This document shows, piece by piece, positions 1 through 8,073 of a stretch of 30,456 nt of DNA. Source of the stretch: a virus (lineage: Duplodnaviria; Caudoviricetes). The stretch lies in the IMG/VR virus record IMGVR_UViG_3300034355_000190, positions 1-30,456 of that record. One strand, written 5' to 3'. The stretch's first letter is position 1; the number at the start of each line of letters is the position of its first letter. A program made the translations under genes and the position numbers. The notes below the pieces were generated by a model that searched no databases, had not been told where the DNA came from, and saw only the letters and a program-made list of their open reading frames with translations.

Positions 1-3000
1 CCAGCCACGGTACGGCCAATGCCAGAGGTGGGAGGCTTGGGCTTTCCGAGGCGGTTTCCAGTGGGGGGAGGCTTGGGACGGCTCTCTGCCTTTCCTCCAC
101 CGAAGCGGACAATCTGCTGGTCGTCGGGAACGTCTTGGGTTTCCCAAGGGCGACGGGCGCGGCGTTCTTCCGGCGTCATGTCGCGGCGGGTCTGGACGTT
201 GCGGGCTTCGGTTTCTCCAGCGAGACGGCGGTAGGCGGCATAGGGGCTAAGTTCAGCCTTTGCCTTTTCAAGAGCTTGCTTGAATGTCATGCCATCAGAT
301 TGGTATTTTGTTGTTAGCGCGACGACCTCTTCTTGTTGTTGCATGAGGTCTGGCATTTTTTCGGGTGACCCGCCGCGCGCAAACCCTTCTCGCGCCTGAA
401 TGCCATGCTGATACTCATGCAGCGCAATGGAGCGAGGATCAGACGAGCCCTTGCCGATGTGAAGGCTTTCGATGGGCGAACCCGACCCCATGAATGCGCC
501 TTCGTCCGCTCTGCCCGACCGCATGACGCGAACGTCGCCCAAGTCCTGCATTCCAGGTACGTCGCGGTATGCTTTGAACATGCCGTCAGGGTGGGTAAGG
601 TAGTCCCGTCCATTGCCAATTTCGTTGAACGTGGAGCGGCTATCATCAATCTCAAACCGCGCCTTGCCATCGGGCGAGTGCTTGCCCGCAACAGCGCCAG
701 CATAGGGAGTGCCTTCCAGATGCTTCGACGTAGCGTCCCAGATTTCATCGCGCGAGGCTCCACGCGCCGCCATCTGTTCCGCCATGTCGAGGGCCTGCTG
801 CGGACGCTTCTCGCCCTTCGCTGCGAGAGTGTCAGCGCCGCGACGGCCTCCGAACGTGCCTTGATCTGGCGTCCTGCCCCTTGGCGGTCCCTTCGCCCCA
901 CCCGCCCCACCGAGGCGGTTGCCAATTGCACGAGCGCCGCGACCCATGACGCCGCCAGTGATAGCCGCACCCGCACGCTCGCCAAAGCTGACCTCTCCAT
1001 CGCCGTCAGCGTCAGGCGCAAAGACTGTACCAAGGCCAGCGCCTATCGCCTCGGGCTGGCCTCTCACACCAGCTAGAAGCTTGGAGCTTTGTGTTTCTGA
1101 GGGGTCGAAGGCGGCGTCAGGTGAGCGAACATTCTTCGGGTTGAAAATGACGGTTTCCTGCCCGTCTCCGATGCCGCGAATGCCCTTGAAGCCAGCCGCC
1201 TGAATGACCTCGCTGGCTCTGGCGTCGGCTAGTATTTTATCATCTCCATCGACGGAGCGACGGAGCGCCTCCCAGAATGCCTCGCCCTCTCGCTTGTACC
1301 AGTTTTTCAGCGCGGCAAGCTTCTCGCGCTCGTTCGGTTTAAGTTGCTTGATGATACGCTGTTCGACATCATCACTCAACGAGTTCCAGCTTGGCATGGC
1401 GTCGAAAAGCTGGTCATTCGTCGGCACAACGTAAGGTTTCGCCTCGCCGTACTTACCCGCAACGCCGGGCTGTTCCGAGAAGTAAACGCCGGGACCAAAA
1501 CGCCCACGCTCTGACGTTTGGAACTCGTCAAAGCCGCCGCTTTTGCTGCTTCCGTGATAGACGCGATTATCGACATCAAACCCCTGCTCTCTCGCTCTCT
1601 GCATTCGAGAGGGCTCATCCATAGGCAGAGATGGCTTCCCGCCTCCGAGGCCGTTCCTCACTGGTGGGGGCCTTGAAGCGCCAGAAGCAGGAGGCGGTCC
1701 CTTGGGCGTGGAGCCCCTCGCGAGACGGCCTGCACCAGCGCCGAGAGCGCCACCGCCCGCAGCGCCGAACAGCGCGTTCATGAGCTGCTGGTTCTCGTCA
1801 TCGGCAGGAGCCATAGCCCCAAGGACGCCGCCAGCAACTATGCCCGTGCCGGTCGCAGAGGCTGACGAGGTCGTGCCGGGCGGGCTGCCACCGGGGCCAC
1901 GCGGGCGGCGACGCGGAGCAGGAGGCGGTGCAGCAACCGCAGCAGGTTGAGCCGGAGGGATCAACCCCTTCTCAGCCATGCGCGCTTCAACGCGACGGAT
2001 GACCTCGTTGAGATTGCCCTCGGTCATCGGCTTCCCGATGAGCGGGATCAGGGCGCGGTTCACTTCCTCATCGTAGACGCCAGGATAGCGGAGACGCTGG
2101 TAGATGTCCTTCGCCGTGCGTGCGATCGGCTTGACGGCCACATCGTTGACAAGGCCCGGCAGAGAGAACTGGTTGCCCGAGGTTTCGACACGGTCGAGCA
2201 CGCGCGTGACGGCGTCCTCGCCTTCCATGCCGGCGTCACGGATAGCAGCCTGACGCATCGCCGTGTCAGAACCACCTGCAACGCGCCTGCCCCACTCACG
2301 GTTTGCGCCAAGCCTGCGGATTGTCTCCTCGAACATATCGGCAGCCTTCTGGCTACCGAGCGCCGTCGCCATGTTCTTGAGCGCCTTGTCCTTCAGGAGC
2401 TTTGTCAGCGCGCTCTGGTTGTTGGCCTCGATCAGATCCTCGATGTTGCGGGCGACGCCCATTGCAAGGGCTTCGATCTCGCCTGCGGTCCAAGGCGAGC
2501 CATTGCGGCCTTTCGCCATGTCGCGCTGAAGTTCCCACGTTTTCTTGTTCAGCGCCTGAGTGCCGACATCAAAGGCATCTTCCAGACGTTTGACATCCTC
2601 AAACACGCCGAGCGCATTACCGTACTCGCCGCCCGTGGCTTGGCTCACGCTGTCGGCAAAGTTGCGCTTCGTTCCGCCAACAATGCGGGCTGTGTCCGAA
2701 CCAAATCCAGCATTTGCGATGACATCGTCAAAGGCGCGCTTTGTGTAGTCCAGCGCCATCGTCGTCGGAATGGCTGTGCCGCGAACAGGATCGGCCATGA
2801 AGTCGTCGATCGACTTGACCGCTGCCTGAGCACGCTGCGATTCCATAGTGGCACGCTCAGACGCCCCGCGCGCCGCACGCGCCTGAAGGTCAGCCGCTAC
2901 TGAAGCAAGGTTGTTGCGAGCAGCCTGAAGGGCCTTCTGCCCGCTCGGCGTGTTCAGAACCGGCACGATCTCGTTGGCAAACACCTGCGGATCAACGGGG

Positions 3001-4652
3001 GTGGCATAGGCTGTGTCATAGGCTGGGGCCGCTTCAGTGCGGAGACGCGTTTCCAGCTCGTCCAGCGTGGCGACGGCGTTGTCAGCCTTCTGGCCCGTCG
3101 CGCGCGTCGCGCCCCGGCTGAGACGAGGCGACAGCTTGTCGGTGTTCTGGTTGACGAGGCCAACGAGCGCCTCTTGCAGCGGTCCCGGAGCGGCTCCACC
3201 GGCCATCTGGAGGCCACGCAGGTTCGCGCCAGAGGACTTGTCCGTCAGGGCTGCGATTTCGCCAATCGTCTCATAGACGCCGCTGTCGCCACGGCGGGCA
3301 AGCCTCGCCTGGATCTTGCGCACGTCATCCATCGTGATGCCGTCTGCCGCCAGTTTCTTTATCAGCAGATCGTCGGCGCGCTGTTCGGCGCGGGAGCGAG
3401 CGGGAACGGGCTGTGGTGCGCCTGCCGTGACCGCTGGTGCGTTTGGCGGTGTCGGGGGTACTGGCGGGGCCGTGGCGGTTTGCGGCTGTGTGGGGACTTG
3501 CTGGGCGTTCTGCGTGGCAGCGACGGCAGGGGCCACGGGAGGCATCTGCGGGGCTGGCTGACGCAGATTTGCGCCGCCCGCGTTGGTTGGCGTGGCGGGA
3601 GCGTCCAGCGCCTTGAGTGCGCGGGGGACAGCACGAGCAGCTTCGATGCTAACGTAGTTGAGCGGGTCAGCAGCGCTCCGCGTGCCGGCCATGTTGCGGT
3701 CAGACCCCGCAGGCGCAGCGCCTGCGCCCACTCCGTAAGCCAGAGCCGCGTTCTCGCCAGTCTCAACGCCAACGCCACGAAGCGTCCGCGACATCCCCGG
3801 AACGGTCGCTAAAGTCTCGCTGAGCGCTTTACCCCCTTTGAGAACCGGCGCTCCAAATCCGGTAAAGATAGAAGCGCCAATACCCGTAACATCGGCAAGC
3901 ATTTCCCCCGGTGTGGTGGCAGCAGGTATCGGAAGGCTAGGAAGAATATCGTTCATGGCTTGCTGGCTGTTCTCAACATAGCCGCCCTGCGTGGCCGCAG
4001 TCGCCAGACGCTCGGGCGCATCGCTATCGCCCCTGTAAAACTCCTGCGCAGCGACCGCGCCGCCCATGGCTGGATCAAACGCAGCGCCATAAGCGTTCGC
4101 AGTATTGAGGCCCAATTGGCCGAGCGTGTTTGCAACGCCGATGTTGGAGTTGACGAACGCACCAGTAGCACGGCCAGCAAATCGATCCGGTCGCTCCTGG
4201 TTCAGCTCAAGCGGTCCATCCGGTCCCGTGTTCTTGAACGGGATCGGAGACGCCGCGTTCATCAGCGCAAGTTCTTCGTTGTACTTGCGCACCCTTCCGG
4301 CTTGATCGCGCTCCGGTTGCGTCGCCATCCGTTGTGCGGGCGACATCACCGGACCACGCGGCGCAGGCGGGGGCTTCAACCGCGTCGGCTGGCCTGATGT
4401 CAGCGTGCGAGCGCCCGGCATCAGCGGCAGGTTCATCGGGTCTGTCTGCGGCTTGCGGGCGTACATATCATCAAACGCCTGACCGTCGCCCCACGGGGTC
4501 GCGTCGGGCTGGGACATGGGCGCCGGCATGGTCTTCAGCATACTCGCCAGCTTGCGAGCATCAGCAGCGGCTTGCTGGTCGCCAGCCGTGGCGGCAGCGT
4601 CAGCGTTCTTCAGCGCCGCGAGAAGTTCTTCCCTGCTCAACGGTTGCTCCAT
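1..4652 (-). CDS. Giant DNA-ejection / polyvalent protein, >1550 aa, truncated by the window edge; ART-like, LPD23-like and HExxH metallopeptidase domains
   Basis: Absent from the ORF track because there is no stop in the window. Starts at ATG 4652 (MEQPLSREELLAALKNAD) or TTG 4640 after GGAG. I translated most of 1-1860 and several upstream blocks by hand without meeting a stop, and the track has no closed ORF in this frame. Motifs: VYHGS..GPGVYFS..GFKGI..QETVIFNPKNVRSPDAAFDP; EIWDAT..DGKARFEIDDS; LHEYQHGIQAREGFARGGSP; YRRLAGETEARNVQTR. Lies directly after two ejection-type genes. Confidence 0.88.
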   Translation of the reverse strand, partial: MEQPLSREELLAALKNADAAATAGDQQAAADARKLASMLKTMPAPMSQPDATPWGDGQAFDDMYARKPQTDPMNLPLMPGARTLTSGQPTRLKPPPAPRGPVMSPAQRMATQPERDQAGRVRKYNEELALMNAASPIPFKNTGPDGPLELNQERPDRFAGRATGAFVNSNIGVANTLGQLGLNTANAYGAAFDPAMGGAVAAQEFYRGDSDAPERLATAATQGGYVENSQQAMNDILPSLPIPAATTPGEMLADVTGIGASIFTGFGAPVLKGGKALSETLATVPGMSRTLRGVGVETGENAALAYGVGAGAAPAGSDRNMAGTRSAADPLNYVSIEAARAVPRALKALDAPATPTNAGGANLRQPAPQMPPVAPAVAATQNAQQVPTQPQTATAPPVPPTPPNAPAVTAGAPQPVPARSRAEQRADDLLIKKLAADGITMDDVRKIQARLARRGDSGVYETIGEIAALTDKSSGANLRGLQMAGGAAPGPLQEALVGLVNQNTDKLSPRLSRGATRATGQKADNAVATLDELETRLRTEAAPAYDTAYATPVDPQVFANEIVPVLNTPSGQKALQAARNNLASVAADLQARAARGASERATMESQRAQAAVKSIDDFMADPVRGTAIPTTMALDYTKRAFDDVIANAGFGSDTARIVGGTKRNFADSVSQATGGEYGNALGVFEDVKRLEDAFDVGTQALNKKTWELQRDMAKGRNGSPWTAGEIEALAMGVARNIEDLIEANNQSALTKLLKDKALKNMATALGSQKAADMFEETIRRLGANREWGRRVAGGSDTAMRQAAIRDAGMEGEDAVTRVLDRVETSGNQFSLPGLVNDVAVKPIARTAKDIYQRLRYPGVYDEEVNRALIPLIGKPMTEGNLNEVIRRVEARMAEKGLIPPAQPAAVAAPPPAPRRRPRGPGGSPPGTTSSASATGTGIVAGGVLGAMAPADDENQQLMNALFGAAGGGALGAGAGRLARGSTPKGPPPASGASRPPPVRNGLGGGKPSLPMDEPSRMQRAREQGFDVDNRVYHGSSKSGGFDEFQTSERGRFGPGVYFSEQPGVAGKYGEAKPYVVPTNDQLFDAMPSWNSLSDDVEQRIIKQLKPNEREKLAALKNWYKREGEAFWEALRRSVDGDDKILADARASEVIQAAGFKGIRGIGDGQETVIFNPKNVRSPDAAFDPSETQSSKLLAGVRGQPEAIGAGLGTVFAPDADGDGEVSFGERAGAAITGGVMGRGARAIGNRLGGAGGAKGPPRGRTPDQGTFGGRRGADTLAAKGEKRPQQALDMAEQMAARGASRDEIWDATSKHLEGTPYAGAVAGKHSPDGKARFEIDDSRSTFNEIGNGRDYLTHPDGMFKAYRDVPGMQDLGDVRVMRSGRADEGAFMGSGSPIESLHIGKGSSDPRSIALHEYQHGIQAREGFARGGSPEKMPDLMQQQEEVVALTTKYQSDGMTFKQALEKAKAELSPYAAYRRLAGETEARNVQTRRDMTPEERRARRPWETQDVPDDQQIVRFGGGKAESRPKPPPTGNRLGKPKPPTSGIGRTVA

Positions 4653-6250
4653 TTCCGGATCAGGCTTTCGTCGTCATCGACAGGGGGCGGTGCTTGCGGC
4701 AGAGCCGCCTGAACACGCTTGCCAATGAATGAGTTGATCGGAGGCGCGTTGCCCATCTTGACGTCGAGCCAGTCCTTGAACCGCGGCGGGGTTTTCACCT
4801 CGCCCGTTTTCGCATCAAACATCGGGTTTTCATTGGCATAGGCCAGCCATATCCGGTTGGCGTTCTGACGCGACTTCGGATCGTTCGGCTCGATGGCGTC
4901 GCTGAGATAGCTGACGTATTCCTTGTTGCGAGCGGCAAGCGCCTGCGCGCCCTTGGCAAACCTGACGTTGGCTTCCTTTGGGTTGTTGATCGACACAACG
5001 CTGGACTTGAACATCGCCACGTCGGCATCCGAGTTGCCGCCCGAGCCAGGTTCGCGTATCAGCGGCGCGATCGTGTCGGTGAGCTGCTTGAGGCTGGTCG
5101 TGTCCATGCTCAGAGCTTGGCCGAGGTCGTTCCACCAGCCTTCGCCTTGGCTGTTCCAATCCTTCGAGTCATCGACAAACTGCGAGGCGGTTCGTGCGAT
5201 CGTATCAAGCCTGCGCTGGTCCTTCATGGCGGCGTCAACCGCATCCATGCTGTCGGCGTAAATCTTCGCACGCTGCGGATCGTCAAACAGTCCGTTGGCC
5301 GATGCTTCCGCTTTCGCCTCTGCCTCTGCCTTTGCGGCTGCTTGCTCAATATTGAACTGCCGGATTTGCTCGTCCAGTTGCGCACGCGTAAGACCAGACG
5401 TCGTCCTGAACTGATCGGCGTTCTGATCCATCGTCGCGTTGAACTGACTGCCGTCCTGTTCATAGGACTTCCGCCATTGATCAGCCGCACGTTCCGCATC
5501 GGTACGGCCCGCACGGAAGTTTCTGGCGTCAACGCCGCGCCCGTAGTTCTTATCGTCCACGTACCGCTGATCTTCGATCTGCTGACGTTGCAGCTCCCGC
5601 CCGAAGTCCATCGCGCCTTGCACGTCGCCCGTCAGGTCAAAGCGCTGCTGAACCATAGCGTTGATGTCCATCTGCGGGGCTTGCGGGGCCTGCGGAGCAC
5701 GCTCTGGCATGTTGCCCATAAGCAGGCTGCTCATGTTGGCAATCCTGCTGCTCACGCCCTGCGGTTGCGCTGTGGCCGGTGCGGGGGTCATTGCCGGCGT
5801 AGGCGGTTGCATCGCAGCGTCGGGCGATGCGCTGGTCATCGCGAGCAGATCGGCCATCTTCGCCACGTTGGGGATTGGAGCCTCGGGGCCAGCGCCAGGA
5901 GCAGGAGCGTTTCGAGCAGCCATGAAAGCTGCGCCCCGTTTGCGTGGATCTGATGGCACGGCAGCGGCTGCATCAGGCGCACCCGGAGCGCCGAACGGCT
6001 TTTGCGAGAGGAACAGGCCCAGCATCTTCTTCTGGTTGTCCCCATAGGCGGTCTCAGCCTTGTCGGCCCTGTCCATCGCGCCTTTGGCGAGGAAGGCTTC
6101 TCCCAGCGAAGCAATGCCGGTTGCAATGCTGCGGGGCTGGCTTCCCATTGCGTTCTGCTGGAGCAATTCGGCCATCTGTCGCGCACGCTCAACCTTGGCG
6201 CGTTCAGGGTCGCCGTAGCCCGCCCCATATCCTTGATAACCCGTAGCCAT
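4637..6250 (-). CDS. DNA-ejection (internal virion) protein, 537 aa
   Basis: Ala/Gln/Pro-rich helical protein with an N-terminal ARQMAELLQQ..GIASLGEAFLA segment typical of podoviral ejection proteins; position between tail genes and the giant ORF. Confidence 0.7.
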   Translation of the reverse strand: MATGYQGYGAGYGDPERAKVERARQMAELLQQNAMGSQPRSIATGIASLGEAFLAKGAMDRADKAETAYGDNQKKMLGLFLSQKPFGAPGAPDAAAAVPSDPRKRGAAFMAARNAPAPGAGPEAPIPNVAKMADLLAMTSASPDAAMQPPTPAMTPAPATAQPQGVSSRIANMSSLLMGNMPERAPQAPQAPQMDINAMVQQRFDLTGDVQGAMDFGRELQRQQIEDQRYVDDKNYGRGVDARNFRAGRTDAERAADQWRKSYEQDGSQFNATMDQNADQFRTTSGLTRAQLDEQIRQFNIEQAAAKAEAEAKAEASANGLFDDPQRAKIYADSMDAVDAAMKDQRRLDTIARTASQFVDDSKDWNSQGEGWWNDLGQALSMDTTSLKQLTDTIAPLIREPGSGGNSDADVAMFKSSVVSINNPKEANVRFAKGAQALAARNKEYVSYLSDAIEPNDPKSRQNANRIWLAYANENPMFDAKTGEVKTPPRFKDWLDVKMGNAPPINSFIGKRVQAALPQAPPPVDDDESLIRKWSNR

Positions 6251-6272
6251 TTTCTCTTGTGCTCGTTATCAT
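6244..6272 (+). promoter_or_regulatory. Candidate sigma70-like promoter for the antisense lipoprotein gene
   Basis: TAGCCA (6244-6249), 17-nt spacer, TATCAT (6267-6272), upstream of GAGG and ATG 6301. Confidence 0.3.
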
Positions 6273-6300
6273 TCCGCGTTTTCACGCAGAGGGTTGGTCA

Positions 6301-6543
6301 ATGAAAAGTCTTTGGCTTGTTGCGGTTCTTGCGGTCGGCGCGTGTGCGTCAACTCAGAGCTTGACGCTTCCTGATGGCCGGGTCGCGTCAGTGGTCGATT
6401 GCAGCAATACGTGGTCGTCGTGGCCCGCCTGTCATGAGGCGGCGCGAAAATCGTGCGGCGGAAATTACGAAGTGGTCCGGCAGACCGAATACGCGCGCGG
6501 CATCAAGCCAATTCGAGAATTGACTTACGTGTGTGAGGCTTAG
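6301..6543 (+). CDS. Small lipoprotein, 80 aa (moron, possible superinfection exclusion)
   Basis: ATG 6301 with GAGG at 6289-6292; MKSLWLVAVLAVGA-C signal peptide and lipobox; four further Cys; fills the gap between two minus-strand genes. Confidence 0.8.
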   Translation: MKSLWLVAVLAVGACASTQSLTLPDGRVASVVDCSNTWSSWPACHEAARKSCGGNYEVVRQTEYARGIKPIRELTYVCEA

Positions 6544-7634
6544 GCTTTCATCGCTCCAAGCCCGACAAGGCCGAGCTTGCCATAGTCCACCGCCTTGCCG
6601 ATGGGCGTATTGATGACGGCGTCGGGACGGGTCTTCTCCACTTCCTGCGCCATGACGCCGACATGCTTCGGCGCGTCGTCATCTTCATTCTGGTAGCGAT
6701 AGCTGTAGACCTTGTGGCCTTTAGCAACGCCCATCGGTTTGATGTCTTTCTTGAACCGTTCGTCTGACGCCATGATCGCAGAACGGCCAAGTCCGAAGAG
6801 ACCCCCGATCGTGTCCTGATAGTTCTGGTTCTTGATCTGGTAGTTCTGCATCTGCTGGCCGTAGCCTTGGTTGATCAGAGACGAAACGTCCGTCGTCGCG
6901 ATCTGGCCGGGCTGGTAGGTTTGATACTGCGGCTTGGAGACTTGCGATCCAGAAAGGAGTGCGCTCAAGCGGTTTATCGGTTCGTTGGCCGCACCTGTGC
7001 GTTCACCTAAAAGCTGGGCTCTCGCGGCACTGTCCAGTCCAGCCATTCGTGATTGTTCTTGTCCACCTGCCAGAATGGCTTGCATCCTTGCATCGTTTTC
7101 GTTCTGACCAACGCCTTCCATCGCTCGATCGTAAGCCGCCGAGCCAATGCGTATGCCACGATTGGCAAGGTCTGTTTCGCGCGACGCCCTAGCCCTCTCC
7201 AGTTGCGGATTGAGGCGCGAATAAATGGCGTCTTCGGTGCTTTTGCGCGTGGCTTCATAGCCGCCAGATCCGGCGAGTTCTGGAAGCCCGTCGTAGCTTA
7301 CTGGCTGCCCTGCCGTGCTTTCGATCTGTCCGGAAAGCAGCTTGGCGATATTCGCCATGTTTTGCTGCGCGGCATTGGTCGTATCAAAGCGCTGCTGCGC
7401 TGTTTCAGAAAGCTGCGTCACCGCTTCGTAGCGAGGGATCATCTTGCCCGTGGATGGGTCCATGTAGGAGCCCACCTGATTGTATGTGAGGCTGCCATCC
7501 GGGCCGCGCTGATTGACCATGCCGCCCGCATTGGTCGCATTGTACGCGTCAATAGTGGCGCCGGTCTGAGCCTTAGCAGTCTCAGTTGGAGACGGCGGCG
7601 CGGGAGCCTTCGGTTTTGCCAGTGTAGCCTCCAT
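6540..7634 (-). CDS. Ejection/pilot protein with C-terminal peptidase S74-type intramolecular chaperone domain
   Basis: N-terminus KPKAPAPPSPTETAKAQ; Gln-rich middle; C-terminus SDERFKKDI..YSYRY..GVMAQEVEKTRPDAV..VDY matches the S74 chaperone signature. Confidence 0.75.
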   Translation of the reverse strand: MEATLAKPKAPAPPSPTETAKAQTGATIDAYNATNAGGMVNQRGPDGSLTYNQVGSYMDPSTGKMIPRYEAVTQLSETAQQRFDTTNAAQQNMANIAKLLSGQIESTAGQPVSYDGLPELAGSGGYEATRKSTEDAIYSRLNPQLERARASRETDLANRGIRIGSAAYDRAMEGVGQNENDARMQAILAGGQEQSRMAGLDSAARAQLLGERTGAANEPINRLSALLSGSQVSKPQYQTYQPGQIATTDVSSLINQGYGQQMQNYQIKNQNYQDTIGGLFGLGRSAIMASDERFKKDIKPMGVAKGHKVYSYRYQNEDDDAPKHVGVMAQEVEKTRPDAVINTPIGKAVDYGKLGLVGLGAMKA

Positions 7635-8073
7635 CGGCTTGTCGCGCGTGAAACTTGCCCGCGCGAAAGGCTTCTTCAGTCATCGTCCAATACACGCCGT
7701 CTTCATCGCGCCCGAACATGCGGGGAATGTCGAAGCGGTCAAATCCGTAAGCTGCGAGCTGTCGATGCAACCGCTTGTTTGTCCCGCTGTTGCGGGTGAC
7801 CAGCATCTGCACGCCAACGTCATCGAATGCGTAGCTGAACATGCGGTCGAGAATATGCGGCGTCAGCCATTTGGGCGTTCGCGCCGCGCCTGAGAACTCT
7901 ATCGTCCCTGCTTCGGGCCACCAGTGATGAAACACCATGCCGCCGACAAGCAGGCCGTCAGCGTCGATTACTCCGATGGCCTTGCACTCTCCGAAGCCGT
8001 GCGCGCGAACCTGGGGGATCAGGTCAGCGACGAACCTGGAAACTGCTGCGTCATGCCCATAGAGCAGCCGCAC
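7582..8073 (-). CDS. GNAT-family (RimJ/RimL-like) acetyltransferase of the podoviral tail module
   Basis: AIGVID..LVGGMVF..KWLT..MFSYAFDDVGV..N..L...GF pattern; usual position just after the tail nozzle gene. Confidence 0.7.
   Translation of the reverse strand: MRLLYGHDAAVSRFVADLIPQVRAHGFGECKAIGVIDADGLLVGGMVFHHWWPEAGTIEFSGAARTPKWLTPHILDRMFSYAFDDVGVQMLVTRNSGTNKRLHRQLAAYGFDRFDIPRMFGRDEDGVYWTMTEEAFRAGKFHARQADGGYTGKTEGSRAAVSN

Noticed and set aside
19-4732. The many ORF-track entries here (e.g. 314-1033, 405-1076, 1947-2903)
   Set aside because: Shadow frames of the single giant minus-strand gene; Arg/Ala-rich with no recognisable motifs.
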